A DNA stretch of 64,000 nt from Myxococcota bacterium (GTDB lineage: Bacteria > Myxococcota_A > UBA796 > SXON01). The notes beneath the pieces were generated by a model. It saw only the letters and a program-made list of their open reading frames with translations, did not search any database and was not told the origin of the DNA. Where the stretch lies: assembly GCA_040386535.1 (NCBI GenBank), contig JAZKFH010000037.1, positions 74,430 through 138,429 of the forward strand, written 5' to 3'. The translations under genes and the position numbers were made by a program. Shown here in pieces: positions 1 through 8,475 of the stretch; the stretch's first letter is position 1, and the number at the start of each line of letters is the position of its first letter.

Positions 1-1
1 A

Positions 2-1531
2 CTCGATGCTGTCGCGCTCGTCGCCCACGATGTCGGGGTGGCCGGTCTCGGAGTTGTACAGGCCCGCGCCGGTGAAGGCGCCGAGGTCCTCGGCGTTGGT
101 GCTCGACCGGAACCGGGCGTTCTCCCCGGGGAACACCACGGCGGCCTTCGCGATGATCATCGCGACCACCTCGGGGCGCATCGGCGCGTCGCGCATCTCG
201 TCCTTGAAGGCCTCGAGCTGCTCGGCGCGGAAGTTGGGATCGTCCCACTCCGGCTGCGCCATGATCGCGTTGATGCGGTCCCACAGACCGTTGTCGGTCA
301 TGAACTGGTTGTAGTAGTACATCGGGATGCCGAACGCGGGCTGGACCGGGATCGGCTCTCCCATCGCCGAGGCGTCCGCCAGCGCGCCGTAGTTGGTCGC
401 CTTCGCGCCGAACATCGGGATCGAGAGCGAGATCGCCTCGGAGAGCGGCATGGCGTCGAGGTCGAGCATGTCCTGCACGTCGCGGAAGTCGGTCACCTCG
501 AGGTTCATGGGCTGGACCACGAGCGGATCGGGCTTGTTGGCCTCCCACCACGCGTCCGCCTCGGTCTCCGTGATCTCGCGCACGCTCCAGTCGAAGGCGC
601 CGACCGTCAGCTCCACCCACTTGCCTTCGAGCGCCTGGAGCTCGGGCAGGTTCTGGGCGTCACGCAACGCCATGTTGGGCGTGCCACGGTTGACGGAGAG
701 CACGTTGATGTGGGCGAGGGGGGTCTGGAATTGGGAGGTGATGATGCCCGCGACGATGGAGATGTCGTTGGGCACCGAGTCGAGCACCACGAGCTCACGG
801 TAGGGGGTGTACGCCCCGTCCAGCTCGCCGTCCGCGTACATGCGCAACAGGCCGGTGGTCGTGCCGAGGTTGAGCGGCTGGTAGTCCACGCCGGCGTAGA
901 GCTCGTCGGTAGAGACGATCTTCACGTCGTCGGGGAGCGACGCGGCCACGACCTCGACCGCCACGCTGGTGGGGTGGAAGTAGAGCTCCTCGCCCATCCA
1001 CGCGGCGTCGCGGATGAGGCGGTACGCGGTCGCGATCATCTCGGCGTCGGCCGTGTCGTAGGGGGAGATCTCGTAGACCCACTTCGCCGGGCCCGTGTAG
1101 TAGGACACGGCGCCGAGGATGAAGCGGCGATCGGGGCTGTAGTACTCGGTCTCGTTGAACTGATCCATCGCCGGGACCGGCGGCAGGCCGTCCCCCGACA
1201 GGTGGGTGGACGCGAAGTCCCAGTGGATGCAGTAGCGCTTCGAGTTCTGGAAGTAGAGCGCGTTCCCGTCGACCCGGTCGATGACCGTCTTGACCGACGT
1301 GGCGCCGGGGATGCTCGCGTCCGCCGGCTCGCTGGAGAGGATGTCGTAGTCGCCCTGGCAGCCGAGCTGCTGGGCGAAGTCGGGGCTGTCGCCCTCGGCC
1401 AGCAGGCACTCCCACACCGTCTCGTCGGGAGGCGCCGTGTCCGTGTCCGTTCCCTTGTCGGTGTCGGGGTCGACGTCCGGCCCGTTGCACGCCGTCAATC
1501 CCACGAACAGCCACGCCAGGACTCGAAACAT
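2..1531 (-). CDS. Lipoprotein with PEP-utilising phospho-His (swivel)-like motif and PEP/pyruvate-binding (PPDK_N, ATP-grasp) domain; runs off the window at the 3' end
   Basis: Not in the ORF track (no stop codon inside the window); translated by hand from ATG at 1531: MFRVLAWLFVGLTAC (lipobox), FQTPLAHINVLSVNRGTPN (His-domain-like), FGAKATNYG, FRSSTNAEDLGAFTGAGLYNS (PPDK_N RSS..ED motif). The 38..1819 + ORF is its codon-aligned antisense shadow. Confidence 0.85.
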   Translation of the reverse strand, partial: MFRVLAWLFVGLTACNGPDVDPDTDKGTDTDTAPPDETVWECLLAEGDSPDFAQQLGCQGDYDILSSEPADASIPGATSVKTVIDRVDGNALYFQNSKRYCIHWDFASTHLSGDGLPPVPAMDQFNETEYYSPDRRFILGAVSYYTGPAKWVYEISPYDTADAEMIATAYRLIRDAAWMGEELYFHPTSVAVEVVAASLPDDVKIVSTDELYAGVDYQPLNLGTTTGLLRMYADGELDGAYTPYRELVVLDSVPNDISIVAGIITSQFQTPLAHINVLSVNRGTPNMALRDAQNLPELQALEGKWVELTVGAFDWSVREITETEADAWWEANKPDPLVVQPMNLEVTDFRDVQDMLDLDAMPLSEAISLSIPMFGAKATNYGALADASAMGEPIPVQPAFGIPMYYYNQFMTDNGLWDRINAIMAQPEWDDPNFRAEQLEAFKDEMRDAPMRPEVVAMIIAKAAVVFPGENARFRSSTNAEDLGAFTGAGLYNSETGHPDIVGDERDSIE

Positions 1532-1605
1532 CAACACCTCGACCGCGCCAGCATAGCGCCGGTCGGGCGCGATCGGATAGCGCCACGTGCTTCCTGCCGC
1601 CGGCG

Positions 1606-2721
1606 TCAGCCCCGCTGCCACACGGCGGGCCGGGCGCGCCCGTCCACATCCACGGTCGGCCAGCGCGGATCGACGGTGAGCACCTCGATCCCTGCATCCG
1701 TCGTGAGCACCGTGTCCTCGATCTTCATGCCGCGCACGCTCGGGTTCCACGCGAGCGCGGTGGGGGAGGCGAGCACGTCGGTCGTGTCGGGGGTCGCGAC
1801 GGTTTCCCGCGCGAGGTAGCCGGTGGTGCCGCCCTGGTGATGGGCCAGCTGCTCGCCGGGGAGGCCGGCGTCCGCGTAGGCGCGCACCAGCGCCCCGAAC
1901 ACCTCGTCCAGCCGCGCGCCCGGCCGCGACGCGCGCAACGCGGCCGCCTCCACCCCGGCCACGACCTCGAAGGCGTGGGCCTCCTCGGGCGTCACGCCCC
2001 CGAACGAGACGAAGCGGGTCAGGTTGGCGTAGAGCCCGTGGCGGCGGCCGCACACGACCAACATCCCGCGCCGCCCGATCGGCGCCTGGGTCGGTGTCGG
2101 GTGGCGATACCGCGGCAGCCGGGCCTCGCCGCCGACCAGCGTGACCGCGGGGTGGATGCCGCGGCGCCACAACGCCTCGGCGGCGGCGCCCGCGACGGCG
2201 GCCTCTGTCCAGCCCGGGTGGACGGCCAGGAGCACGTCGGTGACGGCCTCGGCGGCGTCTCGCGCGAGGAGGCGGTAGCGTTCGACCTCGGCGGGGACGA
2301 GCCGGCGCTTGGCCTCGACGAGATGCACGGGCAGCGCGCGCTCGCCGCCACGCGGCCGGTCCGACGCCACCTCGCCGCTGGCCTCGACGGCGACGAAGCG
2401 CTCGCGGCGGGCGGGCTCCGCCCAGGGATCGGACTGAAGGGTGTAGGGCGCCGGCACCTCCTCGTGGCGGAGCCGCTCGACCTCGATGGCATCCGTCAGC
2501 ACCCACGCGCCGGTCTGGGTCACGAGGACCTCGGCCACGCCGGACTCCGCGGCCAGGTTCACCACGTTGGAGCCGCCGCCGGTGGCCCACGCGAACCAGT
2601 CCACGCCGCGCAGGCGGAGGGCGCCGAGCCCGCCGGTGGTCAGGACCCCGCTAAGCAGCGCCAGCTTCTGCTCGATCTCGGCCGTCGTCGTGGTGCCACC
2701 GGTTGCGCTACAGTACTTCAA
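1606..2721 (-). CDS. M24 family metallopeptidase (Xaa-Pro peptidase-like); start codon uncertain
   Basis: YRHP, ANLTRF, HHQGG, WNPS, KIEDT motifs of the pita-bread fold; the only in-frame start is TTG at 2721. Confidence 0.85.
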   Translation of the reverse strand: MKYCSATGGTTTTAEIEQKLALLSGVLTTGGLGALRLRGVDWFAWATGGGSNVVNLAAESGVAEVLVTQTGAWVLTDAIEVERLRHEEVPAPYTLQSDPWAEPARRERFVAVEASGEVASDRPRGGERALPVHLVEAKRRLVPAEVERYRLLARDAAEAVTDVLLAVHPGWTEAAVAGAAAEALWRRGIHPAVTLVGGEARLPRYRHPTPTQAPIGRRGMLVVCGRRHGLYANLTRFVSFGGVTPEEAHAFEVVAGVEAAALRASRPGARLDEVFGALVRAYADAGLPGEQLAHHQGGTTGYLARETVATPDTTDVLASPTALAWNPSVRGMKIEDTVLTTDAGIEVLTVDPRWPTVDVDGRARPAVWQRG

Positions 2722-4034
2722 TGCGCACCTCGTTGATTCTGTTCCTCGCCGCCTGCACCGAGTACGGGATCGAGGGCCAGAAAGAAGAACCTACCTTGGA
2801 AGAAGACACCGCAGGGTTCCCCGATGTGGCGGTCACCCCCACCACCATCGATCTCGGCGTCGTGTGCGCCGGCTCGATCCACGAGAGCGTGGTCGAGGTG
2901 AGCAACGGGGGCGACGAGCCGCTCAACGTGCGCGGACTCACGTTGGATGGCGAGGGCTGGGCACACGGCGACGTGACGCTGCCCACCACGCTCCAGCCGG
3001 GCGAGCTCCTCTCGATCCCCGTCACCGGCGGCCCGGGAAACGCCACGTTGACCGTGCACACGGACGATCCCGACTCCCCCGACGTCGAGGTCGCGTTGTG
3101 GGCCGCCCTGGACGCGCCCCCGACCGCCACGATCACCGCCCCGCCCGACGGCGACGTGCTCGCGGGCGACGCGTTGGTCTCGTTCACCGGCCTCGTCACG
3201 GACGACGCTGACGCGGCCGACACCCTGGCGATCACTTGGGCCTCGGACATCGACGGCGTGGTCGGCACCGGCCCGGCCACCGCCGCGGGGGACACCTCCG
3301 TGAGTTGGGACCCGAGCGTCCGCACGGCCGGCTCCCATCGGGTCACGCTCACCGCCACCGATTCGTGCGGCCAGTCCGTGAGCGACGCGGTCACCATCTG
3401 CCAGGACCAGGGCTACACCGCCGACAACCTCGACCTCGCCACCTGGAACTTCGAGGGTAGCGCGCGGTGGGACGGCGGGAACGGGTGGGTCGAGCTCACC
3501 CAGCCGCTCGAGGGCCAGAGCGGCACCGCCTTTCAGACCGCCACGACCGTGAGCGCGGACAACGTCTCGATCGATTTTTCGTTCTACGTGAGCGGCGGCA
3601 GCGGCGCGGACGGCATCTCGGTGACCGCGCTCGACTCCTCGCGCATGGCCGGCTTCGTCGGCGACTCCGGCGGCGGCATGGGCTACGGCGGCCTGCCCGG
3701 CTGGAGCGTCGAGGTCGATACCTACTACAACTACGACTACGGCGATCCCACGGAGGGGGACCACGTCTCCATCCACTTCGACGGGCAGCCGATGAACCCC
3801 GCCGCGTGGGCCGCGCTCCCCGAGATGGAGGACGGCGCCTGGCACGCCATGACCGTGACCGTGCTCGCGCGGCGCGTGACCGTGGCGATCGACGGGGTGA
3901 CCTACATCGACCAGAACCTGTCGGGCTTGACGCCGTTCCCCGCCTACGTCGGCTTCACCGCGGGCACCGGCAGCCTCACCAACTACCACCTCATCGACGC
4001 GCTCACGGTCACCCGGTACGTCTGCGAGGAATGA
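2721..4034 (+). CDS. Lipoprotein with two Ig-like domains and a C-terminal legume (L-type) lectin-like domain
   Basis: MRTSLILFLAAC lipobox from ATG 2721; SNGGDEPLNV...LQPGE Ig-like segment; GADG, VEVDTY, DGAWH, YVGFTAGTG L-lectin motifs. Confidence 0.8.
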   Translation: MRTSLILFLAACTEYGIEGQKEEPTLEEDTAGFPDVAVTPTTIDLGVVCAGSIHESVVEVSNGGDEPLNVRGLTLDGEGWAHGDVTLPTTLQPGELLSIPVTGGPGNATLTVHTDDPDSPDVEVALWAALDAPPTATITAPPDGDVLAGDALVSFTGLVTDDADAADTLAITWASDIDGVVGTGPATAAGDTSVSWDPSVRTAGSHRVTLTATDSCGQSVSDAVTICQDQGYTADNLDLATWNFEGSARWDGGNGWVELTQPLEGQSGTAFQTATTVSADNVSIDFSFYVSGGSGADGISVTALDSSRMAGFVGDSGGGMGYGGLPGWSVEVDTYYNYDYGDPTEGDHVSIHFDGQPMNPAAWAALPEMEDGAWHAMTVTVLARRVTVAIDGVTYIDQNLSGLTPFPAYVGFTAGTGSLTNYHLIDALTVTRYVCEE

Positions 4035-4238
4035 GGGGCTCGGGAGCCCCGACATCAGGGGCCCGGCGGGCGCGCGCGTGGTGCCCCGCACATTCCGACC
4101 CCTCGCGGGGGGCCCCCGGGCCGCCATGCCGGCGGGCTCGCCCGCCGGCTGGCGGAGCCGAGGGGCGCGGGGGTCGGAATGAACGCGCGCGCCCGCCCCC
4201 TTGGGGGTCTGGGGGGCTCGGGAGCCCCCCAGGAGACC
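4035..4238. repeat. REP-like composite palindromic element between convergent genes
   Basis: GGGGCTCGGGAGCCCC hairpin at 4035-4050 recurs in extended form at 4211-4230; nested inverted repeats 4065-4079/4183-4197, 4091-4102/4170-4181 and 4128-4137/4140-4149. Confidence 0.75.
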
Positions 4239-4240
4239 AG

Positions 4241-5158
4241 CTACGCCGCCGAGCCGGCGGCGGCCCGCGGCCACATCGCCCCCGCGTCGAGCCAATTCGC
4301 GGGGTTCTCGAGCACCTCCACGAACTTGTCGATGCCGAACCGCGCGTTCAGGCCGTCCTCGATGCGCTCCTCGTAGGTGAAGCGCAGGTGGAGCATCGGC
4401 CGCACGATCGGCTGGCCGTCGCGCACGATCACCCGGTCTTCGAGCTTGCCGATCATGATGAACAGCGGGCAGTTGCCGTACTCGAAGAGGTGGTGGTACC
4501 CGGCGCCCATCCCGAGCGAGCCGAGGTTGGCGATGAAGATGCTGGTGAAGAGCGGGTCGCCGTCGATGTACCAGCGGGGGAGCAGGTTGTAGTAGTCGGC
4601 GGCCTTGAGCGTCCACGCGCCGAAGCGCAGGATGGGGCGCGGGAAGAAGTTGAACAGATCCAGCTCCTTGTCCGTGCGCGTCTTCTTGCCGCTGCGCTCC
4701 TGCACGATGCCGCCGTTCATGCGGGCCACCAGGTCCAGGAAGGCCTCGCCGTCCGGCATGTTCAGCTTGACCGTGGAGATCTGGGCCTCGCGGTCCATCC
4801 GGGCGCGCTTCATCGAGAAGCTCAGCCACCGCGCGTTGCGTTGGTACAGGCGCCGGCCCACCACGAAGCGGTTCATCTTCGGGGTGGCGGCCAGCGCGAT
4901 GTTGGCGGCCGCCACGGTCAGGTGGGTCATGTTCACGCCGGTGTCCGCCTCCTTGTGGCGGGCCAGCCACGTGGTGAGCGCCTCCCCGTCGGCGTAGGCG
5001 TCGAAGAACACCACCGCGTCCGCACGCGTCGGCAGCAGGTAGAGCAGGATCCGCCGGAACGGGTGGAGCCGCAGGAGCGTGCCGTCGGGGCGCGACGTCT
5101 TGAACTCCACGACGAGCCAGAGGGCGAAGGGGACGAGGAGCCAGAGGAAGGCGGACAT
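4241..5158 (-). CDS. 2-oxoacid dehydrogenase E2 catalytic-domain-like (CAT-fold) acyltransferase homolog, N-terminal TM anchor, no lipoyl domain
   Basis: ATG 5158 (MSAFLWLLVPF); IFIANLGSLG, IGKLEDRVIVRDGQPIVRPMLHLRFTYEERIEDG (canonical DHRxxDG). Confidence 0.75.
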   Translation of the reverse strand: MSAFLWLLVPFALWLVVEFKTSRPDGTLLRLHPFRRILLYLLPTRADAVVFFDAYADGEALTTWLARHKEADTGVNMTHLTVAAANIALAATPKMNRFVVGRRLYQRNARWLSFSMKRARMDREAQISTVKLNMPDGEAFLDLVARMNGGIVQERSGKKTRTDKELDLFNFFPRPILRFGAWTLKAADYYNLLPRWYIDGDPLFTSIFIANLGSLGMGAGYHHLFEYGNCPLFIMIGKLEDRVIVRDGQPIVRPMLHLRFTYEERIEDGLNARFGIDKFVEVLENPANWLDAGAMWPRAAAGSAA

Positions 5159-5283
5159 GGAGGGCACCGACGTGGGAGCCGCCCCTAACCGATGGCGCAA
5201 CGCGGGCTTCCGGCAACCACACGCGAGCAGGGTCACAGCCCGACGGTGCGGTTAGGCGATGCGCCTCTCGACCGGAGCTCAGC

Positions 5284-6273
5284 ATGCGTGTCGCCCTCAC
5301 CGGAGCCAGCGGGCTCCTCGGCGGAAACCTCGCCATCGCCCTGTGCGAGCGGGGGGACACCGTCGTCGCCACGCGCCGGGGCACGAGCCGCGTGAAGCAC
5401 CTCGACGACTACCCGATCGAGTGGGTCGACGCCGACCTCGGCGAGCCCGAGAAGCTCACCGGCGCCTTCACCGGCGCGGAGCTGGTGTTCCACGTCGCCG
5501 CGATGGTGAGCGTGCGCCGCCGCCCCACCCCGGCCCTCGTGGCGGCCAACGTCGAGGGGACGCGCAACGTGGTCACCGCCGTCCGCGCCGCCGGCGTGCG
5601 CCGGCTCGTGCACACCTCGACCGTGGGCGCCGTCGGCCTCTCGGAGGACGGCGTGCCGTGCACCGAGGGCGCGCGGTGGAACTTCGGCGAGCACGACCTG
5701 GACGACGGGTACGTCACCACCAAGCACCAGTCCGAGCTGCTCGTGGCAGAGGCCGTGCGTGGCGGGCTCGACGCCGTGGTCGTCAACCCGACCTACATGC
5801 TCGGGCCCTTCGACAGCAAGCCCAGCTCCGGCAAGCTGTTGATCGAGCTTGCACGCGGCAAGATCCCCGGCCTCACCCCCGGCGCGAACAACTTCGTCGA
5901 CGTGCGCGACGTGGTGCGCGGCATGCTCCTGGCCGCCGAGCGGGGGCGCGCGGGCGAGCGTTACATCCTCGGCGGCGAGAACATGCCGTACGCCGTGGCC
6001 TTCGCGCGGATGGCGAAGGTCATCGGGGTGGCGCCGCCCACGCGGGTGTTGCCGGGGTGGATCGCGCGCGGGTTCGGGCTCGCCGGGGACGTGCAGGAAA
6101 AGCTCACCGGGAGCGAGCCGATGCTCAACAGCGTCACGGTTCGGTACGGGTACTGTAAGTCCTTCCAATTCTCCTCCGCAAAGGCCGAGCAGGAGCTTGG
6201 ATACACCCATGGTCCAATCGAACCTGCCATTGCCGACGCGATCGCATGGTTCCGAGCGAGCGGTATGCTGTAG
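5284..6273 (+). CDS. NAD-dependent epimerase/dehydratase (extended SDR, dihydroflavonol reductase/HpnA-like)
   Basis: TGASGLLG Rossmann motif, NVEGTRN, YVTTK catalytic YxxxK, FVDVRDV, GERYILGG. Confidence 0.9.
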   Translation: MRVALTGASGLLGGNLAIALCERGDTVVATRRGTSRVKHLDDYPIEWVDADLGEPEKLTGAFTGAELVFHVAAMVSVRRRPTPALVAANVEGTRNVVTAVRAAGVRRLVHTSTVGAVGLSEDGVPCTEGARWNFGEHDLDDGYVTTKHQSELLVAEAVRGGLDAVVVNPTYMLGPFDSKPSSGKLLIELARGKIPGLTPGANNFVDVRDVVRGMLLAAERGRAGERYILGGENMPYAVAFARMAKVIGVAPPTRVLPGWIARGFGLAGDVQEKLTGSEPMLNSVTVRYGYCKSFQFSSAKAEQELGYTHGPIEPAIADAIAWFRASGML

Positions 6274-6275
6274 GC

Positions 6276-7280
6276 ATGTCGGCGAACCTCATCGGCGCGC
6301 TCCTCGAGTCTCGGTTCCGCGTCACCGAGCGTTTTGCCGGCGGGGCAAGCGCGTGGGTGTACCGCGCGCAGGACACGCGGACGGGTGCCCAGCGCGCCGT
6401 CAAGGTGCTGGTGGAGGCCGCCGCGGTCGACGTGCAGGCCCGCTTCCGCGGCGAGATGGCCCTCCTCTCGCGGCTCAAGCACCCCTACATCGTGCCGGTG
6501 CACGCGGTGGGCGTCATCGAGGGCCAGCCCTACATGGTGATGGATCTGGTCGAGGGCGGGAGCGTGCTCGACCTGCGCAACGATGACGGGCCGCTGCTGC
6601 AGGACGACGTGTGCGTGCTCGCCATCCAGGTCCTCTCGGCGCTGGCCGAGGCGCACAAACACGGCATCGTCCACCGCGACGTGAAGCCCGGGAACGTGCT
6701 GGTGGACGACGCGGGCAACGCGCGGTTGTGTGACTTCGGCATCGCGCGGTACGACGCGGCCCGGCAGGAGCGGCTCACCAGCACCGGCTACTCGCTCGGC
6801 ACGTTGCTCTACATGGCGCCCGAGCAGCGGCTCGACGCCCGGATGTCCGACTTGACCGTCGATGTGTACGGCGTCGGCACCCTGCTGTTCCGCCTCGCGA
6901 CGGACGACAACCCGGCGGACCTGTTCGTCGCGCAGAAGGACGATCCGCGCTGGTCGGCCCTCCCCGAGGCCCTCCGCCCCATCGTGTTCCGCGCTACGCG
7001 CGCCACGCCGGCCGAGCGCTGGCCGGACGCGCGGTCCATGGCGGCGGCGCTGCTCGCCCTCCTGCCGGCCGACCGCCGTGCGGCCCTGCTCGCGCTGCCT
7101 GGAGGGGATCCCGCGGCGTTCCCCGCGCCGGCGCGTGAGATCCGCCCCGTCGGCGTGCCGGTGCGCGCGGCGCGCCCGACCTCCTCGCCGACCGCCTGGC
7201 GGTGGGGCGCCGCTGGTGCCGCCCTGAGCGTCGTGGGCGCGGTGGTGTGGTGGTTGGGGCAGCAGGCGGCGGTTCTGTAG
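6276..7280 (+). CDS. Hanks-type Ser/Thr protein kinase with C-terminal TM segment
   Basis: AVK, HRDVKPGN, DFG, YMAPE, DVYGVG; hydrophobic tail; ATG 2 nt after the SDR stop. Confidence 0.92.
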   Translation: MSANLIGALLESRFRVTERFAGGASAWVYRAQDTRTGAQRAVKVLVEAAAVDVQARFRGEMALLSRLKHPYIVPVHAVGVIEGQPYMVMDLVEGGSVLDLRNDDGPLLQDDVCVLAIQVLSALAEAHKHGIVHRDVKPGNVLVDDAGNARLCDFGIARYDAARQERLTSTGYSLGTLLYMAPEQRLDARMSDLTVDVYGVGTLLFRLATDDNPADLFVAQKDDPRWSALPEALRPIVFRATRATPAERWPDARSMAAALLALLPADRRAALLALPGGDPAAFPAPAREIRPVGVPVRAARPTSSPTAWRWGAAGAALSVVGAVVWWLGQQAAVL

Positions 7281-7323
7281 GTCGCCCGCCCGCGGCCGCG
7301 CCGAGAGGCGGTACCATCGCGGA

Positions 7324-8364
7324 ATGCGCACGCGCCCCTTCGACGACCGCTCCGCCGTCCCCCTCCTCGTCGAGCCCGACGGCGACCCCTCCGTGGACGC
7401 GCTCGTGGCCTGGCTCACGGCCGACCCCGCCGCGACCGACACTCTCTTGACAAGGCACGGCGCTTTCTTGTTCCGCGGGTTCGCGGTGGATGGCCCCGCC
7501 GCGTTCGAGCGGATCTGCCGCGCCGTCGATCCCGCGCTGCAGAACGACTACCTGGGCACCTCGCCTCGCGACGCGATCACGCCCTACGTCTTCACCGCGA
7601 GCGAGCTCCCCGGGCACTACCCGATCCCGCAACACGCGGAGATGACCTTCCTCCCCGAGCCGCCGCGACGCCTCTTCTTCTGCGGGCTGCGCCCCAACGA
7701 CGGCCCCGGCGGCGAGACCCCCCTCGCGGACTTCCGCGCCGTCTATCGGGACCTCGCTCCCGACGTGCGGGCCCGCTGGGAGGCCCGTGGGATCCGCATC
7801 GTGCGCAACTACGGCGGGCCGGAGGGCCAGGGCCGGCGGGATCCGCGGCAGCTCAAGCGGTGGGACCAGATGTTCGGGACGACCGACCGCGCCGAGATCG
7901 AGCGCATCTGCGCGGTCCACGCGTTCACGCCCACGTGGCGGGACGACGGCCGCCTCCAGCTCGTGAGCACGCAGCCCGCCGCGCGGCCGCACCCGGTCAC
8001 CGGCGAGCCGGTCTGGTTCAACCACGCCCACGTGTTCCACGCCTCCGCGGGGCCCGGTGAGTATGCGCGCATCGCGACGCGCCTCGGGGCGTGGCCGTGG
8101 CGGGGGTGGCAGCTCGCGGCGACGGTCCTCGGGATGTGGCAACGCCTCGGCGCCGATCCCGAGGACGCGGCGATGCACGTGACCTTTGGGGACGGTGGCG
8201 CCATCCCGGAGGCCGATCTCGAGGCCGTGCGCGACGCGATCTGGAAGAACATGGTTTTTCCGCGATGGGAGCGGGGTGACGTGACCGCGATCGACAATCG
8301 AGCCGTCGCGCACGGCCGGATGCCGTATTCGGGAGCGCGTTTGGTCGCGGTCTGCTGGGCCTGA
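7324..8364 (+). CDS. TauD/TfdA family Fe(II)/2-oxoglutarate dioxygenase (SyrP-like)
   Basis: HGAFLFRGF, HAEMTF (HxE), GGETPLAD, WFNHAH, DNRAVAHGR. Confidence 0.88.
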   Translation: MRTRPFDDRSAVPLLVEPDGDPSVDALVAWLTADPAATDTLLTRHGAFLFRGFAVDGPAAFERICRAVDPALQNDYLGTSPRDAITPYVFTASELPGHYPIPQHAEMTFLPEPPRRLFFCGLRPNDGPGGETPLADFRAVYRDLAPDVRARWEARGIRIVRNYGGPEGQGRRDPRQLKRWDQMFGTTDRAEIERICAVHAFTPTWRDDGRLQLVSTQPAARPHPVTGEPVWFNHAHVFHASAGPGEYARIATRLGAWPWRGWQLAATVLGMWQRLGADPEDAAMHVTFGDGGAIPEADLEAVRDAIWKNMVFPRWERGDVTAIDNRAVAHGRMPYSGARLVAVCWA

Positions 8365-8475
8365 CGGAGCGCGGACGTCCGGGGGACAGGCGTGAAGCGC
8401 CGACCCGACGTTTCCGTGACGGCGGTAGCGGGTCGCGGGATCCTGGTCTACCTTCCGCGCCCTTTCCACGGATCC

